The notes under the pieces: generated by a model | The model's input: only the letters and a program-made list of their open reading frames with translations | The model's database searches: none | What the model was told of the DNA's origin: nothing | From: an uncultured Methanomicrobiales archaeon | Lineage (GTDB): Archaea > Halobacteriota > Methanomicrobia > Methanomicrobiales > Methanospirillaceae | Assembly: GCA_963697895.1 (NCBI GenBank) | Contig: OY969100.1 | Coordinates: 1,888,001-1,952,000, forward strand | Direction: 5' to 3' | Length of the DNA: 64,000 nucleotides | Part shown: one piece after another, positions 31,592-41,966 of the stretch | How the letters are laid out: each line of letters starts with the position of its first letter | Numbering within the stretch: the stretch's first letter is position 1 | Program-made: the position numbers and the translations under genes

Positions 31592-32431
31592 ATGAAGAGG
31601 CGTTTCCTGAAACTCGGCGTTTCACTTCCGGTCATCATGATCCTTGTAATCGGCTTTTTAGTCTGTTCACCGGTTGCTGCAGAGAATAATACCGGTGATG
31701 CCGTCTCCTGGACCCTGCGTGGGGGTGACCTCCAGAAGCAGGGACAATATCGCAACGCCCTGGATGCATACAATAAAGCCCTCGAGTTAGACCCGTATTA
31801 CAGTATCGCGTGGAACGGACGGGGTAATGCGCTGACAGCTCTCGGGTATTACGAGGAGGCGATCCGGAGTTACAACAGAGCCATCGAACTGGATCCCTAT
31901 TATGGTCAGGCATGGGATAACAAAGGCTTTGTATTGTACCGGGATGGAATGTTCAATGAATCTCTTGCCGCGTATAACCGGGCGATCGCGATAAACCCGA
32001 ATGACCTGCATGCTCTGCTAAACAAAGGAATGAACCTTCAGAAACTCGGTCGCCTCGACGAGGCCCGGGCGGCCTATGAAGAAGTAGTGAAACTAGCTGA
32101 TAAACAAGTGAGAAAAGATCCCAATACGGCAAACTACAACGCTGATCTCTGGGCGAACAGGGGAGATGCACTGTTCCGACTCGGTCAGTTTTCTGAAGCA
32201 TTGGACTCGTATAATCGTTCTCTTGAGATAAATCCCAAAAATACCGAGGTGGAGCAATCCCGGGACCAGCTCATCGGAATGGAAAACATCCCTGTGGAGA
32301 ACAAGACCCTGGTTGTTGCGGAAGAGGTTGTGTTACCGACCACGCCTCCCACATCGGCAGCGATTCCGGCCATAATCCCTCTGGCGAGTTTATTTGTCCT
32401 GCTCATTTTTTACGGATGGATCCGTAAATGA
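31592..32431 (+). CDS. Secreted/surface TPR-repeat protein with signal peptide and C-terminal TM anchor
   Basis: Basic-hydrophobic N-terminus ending VAA, about 5 TPRs (AYNKALELDP, SYNRAIELDP, AYNRAIAINP, SYNRSLEINP), PTT linker + TM + RK. Confidence 0.85.
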   Translation: MKRRFLKLGVSLPVIMILVIGFLVCSPVAAENNTGDAVSWTLRGGDLQKQGQYRNALDAYNKALELDPYYSIAWNGRGNALTALGYYEEAIRSYNRAIELDPYYGQAWDNKGFVLYRDGMFNESLAAYNRAIAINPNDLHALLNKGMNLQKLGRLDEARAAYEEVVKLADKQVRKDPNTANYNADLWANRGDALFRLGQFSEALDSYNRSLEINPKNTEVEQSRDQLIGMENIPVENKTLVVAEEVVLPTTPPTSAAIPAIIPLASLFVLLIFYGWIRK

Positions 32432-32471
32432 GGATATAAACTATTTGTTTTATCCTGCGTCATAAAACAGG

Positions 32472-33602
32472 GTGTTTTTTTTGAATTACCACCTCATTCT
32501 GACGGATAACTGCAACCTGTGCTGTTCATACTGCAGGGGGAAGAACTCCGGGTCGGGTGAGGATATAGCTCTGGAAGGTGACCTGGACCTCTCTCTTCCG
32601 GTGGATCTCGATCTCGATCTGGATATTCTGTATCAGTTTCTGGAAAAAGATGCAGATCCGGCATTAATATTTTACGGCGGCGAACCGCTCCTTGCACCGC
32701 ATCGGATCCGGGAGATCATGGATCATGCTCCGGTGAACCGATTCATTCTTCATACAAATGGCACGCTGCTCCATACTCTGGAACCCGGATTGATAAACCG
32801 GTTTAATACGATTCTTGTCTCGATTGACGGGCCTGAATCGCTGAATGATCGAAACCGGGGAAAGGGGACATACCGGCAGATCATCCAAAATCTCCGGGAG
32901 ATGAGATCGCAGGGCTACCGGGGCGAGACCATTGCACGCATGACCGTAACGGAGGAGACGGAAATAACAGAGGCGGTATGTTACCTTGCAGATAACGATG
33001 CGTTTCCCTTTGAATCCATCCACTGGCAGATCGATGCGAATTTCTGGCCAGACAGTGACGATCGCGGCGGGTTTGAGCAGTGGGTCGCTTCCAGCTACAA
33101 TCCGGGTATCCGATCATTGACGGATATCTGGGTATCCCGGATGGAAGAGAACGGGAACGTCTGCCGGTGGTACCCGTTTCTGGATACGATGGAGGATCTT
33201 CTTCGCGGAAAGAGTTCTCTCCTCCGTTGCGGCTGCGGCCATGCCAATTACAGCATTATGACGGACGGGTCCATTGCACCATGCCCTATTATGGTCGGGA
33301 TGCGGAGATACTACGTAGGACATGTTTCACAGACGGCGCCCTCTGAACTCATGAAAATTCCCATAAACGGCTCGTGTACCCGGTGCCGGTTATTCTCATT
33401 CTGCGGGGGACGGTGCCTGTATTCGAATATTATCCGCCCGTGGCCGGAACCGATGCGCAATATCGTGTGCGAAACGGTAAAAAACCTCCATGAAACCCTT
33501 ACAGCCGCACTCCCCCGGGTAAAAGATCTCATCAGAGACGGCAGGATCTCTCTCGAAGATTTTACGCATGAAAAGTTCAATAGTTGTGAAATCATCCCCT
33601 GA
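32472..33602 (+). CDS. Radical SAM/SPASM protein (AF0577 / TIGR04084-like)
   Basis: CNLCCSYC, FYGGEPL, TNGTLL, SIDG; SPASM-type CGCG..CP..CTRC...CGGRC..C; C-terminal CEIIP. Confidence 0.85.
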   Translation: MFFLNYHLILTDNCNLCCSYCRGKNSGSGEDIALEGDLDLSLPVDLDLDLDILYQFLEKDADPALIFYGGEPLLAPHRIREIMDHAPVNRFILHTNGTLLHTLEPGLINRFNTILVSIDGPESLNDRNRGKGTYRQIIQNLREMRSQGYRGETIARMTVTEETEITEAVCYLADNDAFPFESIHWQIDANFWPDSDDRGGFEQWVASSYNPGIRSLTDIWVSRMEENGNVCRWYPFLDTMEDLLRGKSSLLRCGCGHANYSIMTDGSIAPCPIMVGMRRYYVGHVSQTAPSELMKIPINGSCTRCRLFSFCGGRCLYSNIIRPWPEPMRNIVCETVKNLHETLTAALPRVKDLIRDGRISLEDFTHEKFNSCEIIP

Positions 33603-33738
33603 ACGTTGTTTGATTGGTCTTTGAACCCTGGTCTCCTGCTTCAGCGTCGAGCAAACCGTCAGGATGAGCTGCATTTTTCCCTTTTTGCCGGCATACTTTT
33701 ATCCCGAAACTTTGAAATAGGGATATTGTGGTGGGATA

Positions 33739-33999
33739 ATGGCCGGGTCATGGAAGGAAGCACAGGAAATCGCGCGCAAGGAAAAAAAGGAACAGGTATT
33801 TCATGATTTTGATACCGGAGTGTATGGATCATGTATGCGGACCGACCGACCCGGTCATTTCTCCTGTGGAAGGCACATCGAACACCGGTGTATCTGTATG
33901 CCTGCTGATTTAAGCACAGATGAGTTGGAGAGGAAAGAACGGAAATTTTTAGAAGAAAATCCGGATTGGCTGAAAAGCACGGAACAAACCGATTGGTGA
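33739..33999 (+). CDS. Small hypothetical protein with Cys/His cluster
   Basis: 86-aa ORF with protein-like composition (GSC..GHFSCG.HIEHRCIC) and an AT-rich TATA-like element upstream. Confidence 0.7.
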   Translation: MAGSWKEAQEIARKEKKEQVFHDFDTGVYGSCMRTDRPGHFSCGRHIEHRCICMPADLSTDELERKERKFLEENPDWLKSTEQTDW

Positions 34000-34146
34000 G
34001 GGGGGTCTCCTGTTCCGAAACGGGTATGGTTCTATCCATAAAGGTTCAGCCAGGTGTCAGAAGCGAGCCATCATTCAGAAGCCAGGAAGATTCTCTAGGA
34101 CCGATGGTCGTTCATCTGTCTCGTGAAAACGGTAAAAATTAATTTT

Positions 34147-34740
34147 TTAATATGGTAGAGGAGATATCACCCTTGAAAATGCCAGAAAGAATGCAGCCGC
34201 AATGATAACTGCGATGATCACGGGAATGAGGATCGCGATGATGACCGCCCCGATCGCCCTTCCCGTAGAGATCTCATGGAGTTCCCGGATACCCAGGATC
34301 TCAAGGACAAACGCCCAGATCTCCCCGATAATGCTGACGAAGGGGATCCATCCGATCAAGAGGAGAGGTGTCGACCCGTACATCAGTGATTTGACCGTCT
34401 GGATGTATCCTTTTCTTCCCCCCAGGATGTATACCCAGAGATGGAGCCATGCCCCACCGATGAACACAAGGATAATACCCCAGATAATTGCCCCTATGAA
34501 GATGATCACGGGGAGCCATAATCCGAGACCCGGCATGAGTGTTCCATACAGGGGAGCAATCGCGGCGAGGATGGAGAATCCGATCAATGACCAGACGATC
34601 GCGGCCAGTATTGCGTAAATCACCAGCAGGATGATGAAATACTCAAATGCTCCACCAAGAGTCTCCGGCCGCGACTTCTGGAAGGTCTCGACCGGGCTGA
34701 ACAGGAACCCTTTGACTTTTTCGATAAAACTCATTGCCAT
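34147..34740 (-). CDS. Yip1-domain membrane protein
   Basis: LFSPVETF, about 5 TM helices, ILGGRKGYIQT, GIRELHEISTGRA. Confidence 0.85.
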   Translation of the reverse strand: MAMSFIEKVKGFLFSPVETFQKSRPETLGGAFEYFIILLVIYAILAAIVWSLIGFSILAAIAPLYGTLMPGLGLWLPVIIFIGAIIWGIILVFIGGAWLHLWVYILGGRKGYIQTVKSLMYGSTPLLLIGWIPFVSIIGEIWAFVLEILGIRELHEISTGRAIGAVIIAILIPVIIAVIIAAAFFLAFSRVISPLPY

Positions 34741-35010
34741 ATCTAACCGTGTCGGGGTACTCATATTTATAGTCTTTGGTAAATGGCTCTCTGAAAAATG
34801 GGTTATCGCTCATGGATTTCGAGATGAACCGGTTATGGGAATTTCCGGATACCTATCTCCTCCGTTATCGTGAAGGATAACACCCACATACGTAACAGAT
34901 CATCAGAAATTATCGGCAAAGTCCAGATATGGAGGAACGTGGGAAAGGATGCTGAAAAAGAGGGAACGTTTCTTGAATGAACGGGGCTCAACGGATTTGA
35001 GATCTCTTTT

Positions 35011-35487
35011 CTATTTATGATAGGGTTCTCCCCGCATGATCCGGAATGCACGGTAGAGCTGCTCGACCAGGATGAGGCGGACCAGCTGGTGTGGGAACGT
35101 CATCCGGGAGAGAGAGAGGCATATATCAGCCCGGTCCAATATCAGATCCGAAAGTCCGGGCGGGCCCCCGATCAGGAAGACGAGATCATTTCTCCCGGAA
35201 AGCGCGAAGGATGTCATCCGCCGGGCAAGATCTTCACTCGTCCAGGTCTCACCTTCCGGATCGAGGGCAATTATAACGGTATCCGCGGAGAGTCCGTTCA
35301 GCAACCGGATCCCCTCCTGATCCCGGCCCCGTCTCTGAGTTAAAGGCATTACCTCCGGGAGGTTCTCAACCGGGAACTCGCGAATGCTGAAACGGGTATA
35401 GGGGCGAAGTCTTTTCTGGTACTCTGTAATACCTTCGGCAATATACGCCTCCCTGATATGCCCGATGGCGCGAATTTCGATCTTCAT
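35011..35487 (-). CDS. rlmH: 23S rRNA m3-pseudouridine1915 methyltransferase (SPOUT)
   Basis: EYQKRL, FLIGGPPG, LSLSRMTFPHQLVRLILVEQLYRAFRIMRGEPYHK. Confidence 0.93.
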   Translation of the reverse strand: MKIEIRAIGHIREAYIAEGITEYQKRLRPYTRFSIREFPVENLPEVMPLTQRRGRDQEGIRLLNGLSADTVIIALDPEGETWTSEDLARRMTSFALSGRNDLVFLIGGPPGLSDLILDRADICLSLSRMTFPHQLVRLILVEQLYRAFRIMRGEPYHK

Positions 35488-35991
35488 GATGGTCGTACAG
35501 GTTGACTGCCGGAACCCGGTCCCGGCTTGAATCATCAGTTCGTGCGTTTCATTCTTAAGATATGTGGTAATCATTCATGAAATTCTGCCTTTCGCACGAA
35601 CAAGACGCCACGGTGGGAAAAAACGGGATTCGATCATCACTTTCACTCCACATGGCGGTTGTTCATAAGAGCTGGATGTCATCGATAGTGTAAGGAGGTA
35701 GAATGTGACGGTTCATTCAGAAATGCCGGTCATGAATGCCTCCGGAAGAGCCCTTAAACCTTCAAGACCTTGATCAGTGAAACCCGTATCTCCCCTACGG
35801 AGTTTCTCTCTTTTCCGTGTGTTGTAGTAAAGTGAAATCATATAACTAATGGTATCCCGTTTTCCGGCGCAGCCCCACCGTGTGATCAGGGGGATCTCGC
35901 GGGGTGGTTAAGCCGTTTCCTGCACGTTCAACCCTGATCGGTGCCCATTTCATATAAGAACGTATTTCACCCCCGGGGAAAAAGACACTAT

Positions 35992-36477
35992 ATGGCGCTT
36001 CGATCCATCAATCTTCCGGGAATAGGCACAAAGTACGAACTTGAAACAGAAAAGGGAGATACTGTCGCGGTGTTCTTCCTGAAGAGTGGAAATATCCAGA
36101 TCTATACCCTCCCGCATAATACCCCGACCCCCAGTGTTGCTGAACTGACTACGGGTGAAGCGAGGAGGCTGGGGACAATCCTGACCGGGGCCATCATGGA
36201 AGCAGACCGGGAAAGTGTGGAGATAGCCTTCTCAGCCCTCTCCGATCTCCGGATCAGCGTTCATACCTATATCATCCATCATTCGATGTCAGGAAAGAGC
36301 CTCGAGGATCTCCAGATCCGTGCGAAGACGGGAGTCACCATTATTGCGGTCTCCCGAGGAGATAAAAACGTCATCAATCCATCGCCAAATTTTGTTTTCC
36401 AGGAAGGCGATGCCGTGATCGCTATCGGAGAGAGCGATCAGCTGAAAATGTTCGAGGCAGAGATCATAGGTGTCTGA
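35992..36477 (+). CDS. khtT: K+/H+ antiporter regulatory subunit (KhtT-like, RCK_C/TrkA-C)
   Basis: LPGIGTKYE, EARRLGTIL, IRAKTGVTIIAV.RG..INP. Confidence 0.82.
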   Translation: MALRSINLPGIGTKYELETEKGDTVAVFFLKSGNIQIYTLPHNTPTPSVAELTTGEARRLGTILTGAIMEADRESVEIAFSALSDLRISVHTYIIHHSMSGKSLEDLQIRAKTGVTIIAVSRGDKNVINPSPNFVFQEGDAVIAIGESDQLKMFEAEIIGV

Positions 36478-37655
36478 TGGAAGGAGTCGTCATTGCCTTA
36501 GTCGTCTGCCTTATCCTCGCACTTATCACGAAAAGGTTGTCGCTCCCCACCATCCCGTTTTATATCATTGCCGGATTACTCATCGGTGAAAGCGGGCTCA
36601 ATCTGGTCGAATCGGATGCCGTTTCGCTCTTCCTCACCCAGCTGGGTCTGCTCTTCCTCCTGTTCTTCATGGGCCTGGAGATTAAGCCGGAGCGGATATG
36701 GAGTAATCAGTCGGCGATTCTCACCAGTGGCGTGATTGACCTTAATATCAACATGATCATCGGTTTTGTTGCCGCGTATGCCCTCGGCTTCTCATTCTTT
36801 GATTCGCTGATCGTCGCCGCGGCTTTTTTCATCAGCAGTACCGCGATGGCGGTCACCTCACTGGTAGAAAATCGGAAGCTCCTGATGCGGGAATCAGAGA
36901 CGATCGTCTGGCTGATGATCTTTGAGGATATTGTCCTTATCATCATTCTCGCATTTGTCGGATCAGCAACGGATAATCCGTTCCTTCTGGTTCTGAAACT
37001 GATCGCCGTCCTCGGTGCGTTATATGCCGTCATACGGCTTGGAAAGAGATATATCGGAGCATTGCTGAAAAGAGACGACGAACTCCCTGTTTTGCTGACC
37101 TTTTCGGCGGTACTGGGGATTGCCGCATTTTCGGAGGCGATCGGGATTCCCCAGTCATTTGTGGTGATCGCATTCGGCACAATGCTCGGGTCCATCGACA
37201 CCGCGGCATTCGAGACACACTCCCGCCCGTTCAAGGATGTGTTCCTGGTTATCTTTTTTGTATTCTTCGGGGTGACCACCAACCTCTTCGCCGGGGGGGT
37301 ATCTCTCCTCGCCATTGTTCTCGTTAGTATCCTCGCGATCGCAAGTAAATGGGCCTCGGGGATGGTGATCGGGCGGGTTATTCATCACAGTGCTGCGTCG
37401 GGTATCGAGATCTGGTCCAACACCATCGGGAGGGGGGAATTCTCAATCGCAATTGCTGCCTTGTATGGTTCGCCGGTTGTCTCCAGTATCATCGCAACCA
37501 TGGTCATCATCACGTCCATCGTCGGTGCCTTTGCTGCACGGTATAGTGCCTTCTTAAAGCGTCTGATGCTCCGCAAAAAAGGTGGAAGTCCTGAAGCGGG
37601 TCCTCCGGCCTACGACGAAACAGCCAGAATCAGGCAGGTGCCTGAGGGAGAATAA
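36477..37655 (+). CDS. khtU: CPA2 cation:proton antiporter (KhtU-like)
   Basis: LLFFMGLE, ISSTA, IFEDI, FFVFFG, RGEFSI; coupled to khtT. Confidence 0.82.
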   Translation: MEGVVIALVVCLILALITKRLSLPTIPFYIIAGLLIGESGLNLVESDAVSLFLTQLGLLFLLFFMGLEIKPERIWSNQSAILTSGVIDLNINMIIGFVAAYALGFSFFDSLIVAAAFFISSTAMAVTSLVENRKLLMRESETIVWLMIFEDIVLIIILAFVGSATDNPFLLVLKLIAVLGALYAVIRLGKRYIGALLKRDDELPVLLTFSAVLGIAAFSEAIGIPQSFVVIAFGTMLGSIDTAAFETHSRPFKDVFLVIFFVFFGVTTNLFAGGVSLLAIVLVSILAIASKWASGMVIGRVIHHSAASGIEIWSNTIGRGEFSIAIAALYGSPVVSSIIATMVIITSIVGAFAARYSAFLKRLMLRKKGGSPEAGPPAYDETARIRQVPEGE

Positions 37656-37825
37656 AAACAGTATCACTCGTAAAAGCGGGAGGTGTTATCTGGCACCCGT
37701 TACAAGGCCATATTTTGTAGGGTCGTTCATGGATTATTTTTATTACCCGGACAATAGATCCCTGAATTCTTCTTACCAGTACCCGGAGGACCGGTGTGAC
37801 CCTCCATCTCCAAAGAGCAATTCGA

Positions 37826-39428
37826 TTACTCGCCAGGGTTTTCCCCTTCGCAGATGACTGCAGTTACGGTCAGAAAAACCGGCCCCCGTACGTCTATCTT
37901 CTTTTTGGTGTCCGTGATGAACCGGACTGCAAATTCATCGATTCGCAGGTTGATATCGCTCGGAAGTTTGGCCATTTTGACCTGAACAGTTGTATCTCTC
38001 CCACATCGGGCAGCATCCTCGATACGGGCTGCGGCAAGGGATGCAACAGCATCAAGATAGCTGATCCCGGTATCGATCCCGTTCGTTCTGACTTCTGCCC
38101 ATTTCTCTGTGTCCGGGACTCCCAGAATCGCACCCTGGTACACATAAATCCGGTTAAAACAAGCGGGTCCACACAGTTTTGTATTGGATTCCGGCTCCTG
38201 AACGGTGACTTTTAGCGGTATTCCCAAGAGCTCCCCGCACCATGCATCGAACGAACAGGGGCCTGGTGCATCCGCGTGTTCCCTCGCCGTTTCCCTGATG
38301 GAGGCAGCGAGGTGCATACCCGTCCCGGTAACCGGCTCCTCACGGTACCTGATTGCCCGAGCGATCTCGAGATCGGTCATCACCTTCGGAAAGAATTGCG
38401 GATACGAGAGCTGACGTACGTCCTGCGAGCCGTATGCAATCATTGCAAGCCGTTCCACGCCAAGCCCGAGGTTCATGACCGGAATTTCGATATTGTACTC
38501 TGCAAGTGCAGATGGGGAATACATCCCGAATGTAGCAACCTCGACCCATTCGTGTACCGGGTGCCTGGCATAGACCTCGGTCTGCGTGTCCGGAATATAA
38601 TATTTGGAGCGCTTTTCGTCAGGCCTGAATCTGAAGTCTGTAAACCCGAATGCAGACAGGAGGGCCTCACTCACGGCTTTTCCCTCCTCATTCGTCACAT
38701 CCTCCCCGGCAACCACACATGAGGCGGAGTGGTAGCTCATCAGCCTCGTGGGACCCTCCTCCTGTTCGCGTCGGAAACAGCGGTCCACCGAGAAAAGGCG
38801 GAGGGGCAGTTGTCTTTTGTCCCAGATGGCACCCAATGTGATGAACCACCCGCTCGTCATATGACTCCTGAGCGTATTTCGGGAAGACTCGGGTGCAAGA
38901 GCCTGGAATTCGGGGAAGACGGAATCCAGAATGTGTACTACACGGGCATCATTCACCGCGAGGACCGTTGCAAGTTCATGAACCAGATCATCGCCATCGA
39001 TGGCCGACTTTTTATACGCATGGAGCGTTTCCCGGAGCCGTTCTTCGGTTTCAATGCTCATTTCCCTGCCGATCAAGGCGTTTATCTCGTCAAGGTTCTT
39101 TCTTGCGATACCCACATTGGGGCGGGGAAGCCCGCCGAGGTAAAACACCCGGTCGAGTACCGCACTTGCTTCCGGGCCGAATTGACGGTAGACCTCCTGC
39201 TCCTCCACGATAACCGGATTGCAGTATTCATCGAAACCCAGGGACAGGTAGGTGTCTCGGAGCCTGTTCACCATGGCAAATACCGGATGCTCGGCCGCCC
39301 TCCGGTATGCCAGTCTGAGGATACCGGTTCCCCCTGCGGGGCGGGGTCAAAACCGATTGTCCCTCATACCATGCCTTTTCGAAGTCCTCTTTCGCCAGTT
39401 TTTTGAATGTTTCTCCTTTGAACCTCAT
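37826..39428 (-). CDS. sepS: O-phosphoseryl-tRNA(Cys) synthetase, 1-nt frameshift near 39318
   Basis: DFEKAW..YP joins RLAY..HPVF; [42 protein letters not shown]. Confidence 0.93.
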
Positions 39429-40318
39429 GCATGCCGCTCCAGACAGATCACCCGGGAGAGCGGGTTCTCGTCCCTGATCCGGTAATCGGTGCAGGACGCG
39501 ATCTCCTCGGCGAATGACCGCACATGGTCATGCCCGGGCATATGATCCCGGGTCAGTCGTTTTCTACTGTACCCCAGAAACATATATCCCTTCACTTCAA
39601 CAAACGAGGCACCTGAATCCTGCACCAGCCGGCCGTACCCTCCAGGATCATGATCATTGAGCCCCCGGACCAGCGTAATACGGATCGCAGACCGGCGGCT
39701 TCCCAGGAGTCCCAGGCTTTCCCGGACAGCATCCCACGTATCAGTGACCGGCCTGCAGATCTGGTTATAGGTCATCCGGTCAGGAGCAGCGAGTGAAACA
39801 TACAGCTGGAAGGGTGCACACCGGCGAAGGACAGATGGGCGGGTTCCATTGCTGACGAGAAAGGTGGTGTAACCCTCTTTTGTCAGGAGATCGATCAGAC
39901 CGGGAAGATTTTCATAGAGCGTGGGTTCTCCCGAAAGGGATATCGCGACATGGCAGGGATCAAGTGCCTCCGAGAATCGTTCTTCAGTCACGTACGGGGA
40001 GACTTTATACCCTGAGAGTGCCTTTTTCTGCAGCGCTCTGATCCCTCCGACGATCTCCTCCGGAGAACAGGGGGTCTCTTCGGACATCTCGTGCTCGAAA
40101 GATCTCCAGCAGAACAGGCACCGCTGGTTGCAGCGAAGAGTCGGGGTCATCTGGATACACCGGTGGCTGATCACCCCGTAGAACTGATGCTTATAACACA
40201 TTTCCCCGCCGGTGAGTGCCCTCTTACACCAGAGACAGGGTTTTACGGCGGCGGTAGCACCGGCCTTTACGAATTGATACCCCTGTTTCTGCAGCGCTTT
40301 ACATGGTCCGGATGGCAT
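39425..40318 (-). CDS. taw1: 4-demethylwyosine synthase (radical SAM TYW1)
   Basis: VKPCLWC, CYKHQFYG..SHRC, CNQRCLFCWR, SLSGEPT, EVKGYM. Confidence 0.92.
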   Translation of the reverse strand: MPSGPCKALQKQGYQFVKAGATAAVKPCLWCKRALTGGEMCYKHQFYGVISHRCIQMTPTLRCNQRCLFCWRSFEHEMSEETPCSPEEIVGGIRALQKKALSGYKVSPYVTEERFSEALDPCHVAISLSGEPTLYENLPGLIDLLTKEGYTTFLVSNGTRPSVLRRCAPFQLYVSLAAPDRMTYNQICRPVTDTWDAVRESLGLLGSRRSAIRITLVRGLNDHDPGGYGRLVQDSGASFVEVKGYMFLGYSRKRLTRDHMPGHDHVRSFAEEIASCTDYRIRDENPLSRVICLERHA

Positions 40319-41966
40319 CGATGCCGAGCGTTTCCAGGGCTTCATGGAGGGTGTTCTGGGTTGCCTTAACGAGGGTAAGCCGGCTTCTCCGGATCATTCC
40401 CCCGGCTTTCAGTACCGGATCGAAATGATAGAACGTGTTGAACAGGTCTGCAAGTTCCCGTGCATAGGATGCAAGCAGATGCGGTTTTAATTCGCTCACA
40501 ACACGGTCGATGATCGCGGGGAACCGGGCGATATGCTTGGCGAGTTCGATCTCGTAGGGATCGGCAAATTCAAACCCCGGCTCAAATTCACCTGCCTTTT
40601 CGAGGATGCTACAGGCACGTGCATGCGCATACTGGATATAGGGGCCGCTTTGACGGTCGAAGTCGAGTGCTTCCTTCCAGTCGAATACGGTGCTCTTGTC
40701 CGGGGATATCTTTACGATATCATACCGGATGCCCGCGATGGCAACAGAGTGTGCGATTCGGTGACGGGTCCCTTCATCGAGATCGGGTCGCCGAATGGTC
40801 ACCTCTTCAAGGGCCCGGGCTGTGACTTCATCCATCAGCTCGTCTGCCGACACGAATTTACCGGCCCGGGTACTCATCGAACCTTCCGGGAGCGATACGA
40901 ATTCAAAATGCACTATTACTGGCGGTTTTTCACCGATCAACCCCAGGGTCGCAATCAATTGCGCACCGATCAACTTATGGTCTGCTCCGAGGACATCGAT
41001 AACCCGATCAAAGTTCCTCCCCTTCCAGATATGATAGGCCAGATCGCGTGCGGCATAGACCGATGTACCATCGCTCCTCCTCAGCACGTACTCTTTCTCG
41101 AACCCTTCTTCGCGAAGATCGAGCCATACTTTCCCATCCTCGTGATACTCCGGGAGTCGGCGTATCCTCCCGAATAGCCGCTCTGTATCCCCGTTCCTGA
41201 TAAAGTCGCTTTCCCAGACGAAACGGTCATGTCGCACATTCAGGCGGTTCATAGTTACCCGGAATCCGTCCAGGCAACGAATGACCGCCGTCCGAAATTT
41301 CCTTACCGTTTCTTTATCCCCTTTCTCTACCTGCCGCATCAGAAGGTCGATAGCCGGTACGACTTCCTGTTCACCCGCATCGATCTCCCGATTCGCGGCG
41401 ATGTAGACCCTGGCAACATAATGGTCGTCTTTTTCCCCGGGGTACGGGGATATACCCAGACAATCAAATCCCCAGACGACGATCGCGATCTGCCTTCCCA
41501 TGTCGTTTACGTAGTACTGCACTTCGGTGCAGAGGCCGGCCTTCCGGTAACACCTTGCGATCGTGTCCCCGATGATAGAGTTCCGGATATGACCCACGTG
41601 GAGCGGCCCGTTTGGGTTCGCGCTGGTATGTTCAAGTACAACCCGCAGAGATCCCGGGGTTGATGCCCCGTAACCGGGTTTCAGTGCCTCCTGAAGAGAT
41701 GAATGGATATAGGCAGGACCAAACCGGAAATTGATGTACGGTCCGTTCGCCTCAACGGTGATTCCTGCTATCTCCGGCCGGGACGAGATGGCAGTCGCGA
41801 TTTCTGACGCGATAAGAACCGGAGGCTTCCTGCGGGATTTTGCAAGGACAAATGCGACCGTGGATGCCAGATCCGCATGGCCTTCTCCATCGATGAGCAA
41901 AACATCATCAACGCCGGTATATTCCTGAAGCAGGGACTCGATTGCAGCAAATGTCTCGCGGTACAT
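40299..41966 (-). CDS. argS: Arginyl-tRNA synthetase
   Basis: EHTSANPNGPLHVGH, NDMGRQ, MSTRAG, GPYIQYAHAR, C-terminal Met. Confidence 0.96.
   Translation of the reverse strand: MYRETFAAIESLLQEYTGVDDVLLIDGEGHADLASTVAFVLAKSRRKPPVLIASEIATAISSRPEIAGITVEANGPYINFRFGPAYIHSSLQEALKPGYGASTPGSLRVVLEHTSANPNGPLHVGHIRNSIIGDTIARCYRKAGLCTEVQYYVNDMGRQIAIVVWGFDCLGISPYPGEKDDHYVARVYIAANREIDAGEQEVVPAIDLLMRQVEKGDKETVRKFRTAVIRCLDGFRVTMNRLNVRHDRFVWESDFIRNGDTERLFGRIRRLPEYHEDGKVWLDLREEGFEKEYVLRRSDGTSVYAARDLAYHIWKGRNFDRVIDVLGADHKLIGAQLIATLGLIGEKPPVIVHFEFVSLPEGSMSTRAGKFVSADELMDEVTARALEEVTIRRPDLDEGTRHRIAHSVAIAGIRYDIVKISPDKSTVFDWKEALDFDRQSGPYIQYAHARACSILEKAGEFEPGFEFADPYEIELAKHIARFPAIIDRVVSELKPHLLASYARELADLFNTFYHFDPVLKAGGMIRRSRLTLVKATQNTLHEALETLGIDAIRTM

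Noticed and set aside
31700-32250. Repeated sequence units as a possible CRISPR or DNA repeat
   Set aside because: These are degenerate TPR protein repeats in a coding frame; no identical repeat-spacer array was seen anywhere in the window
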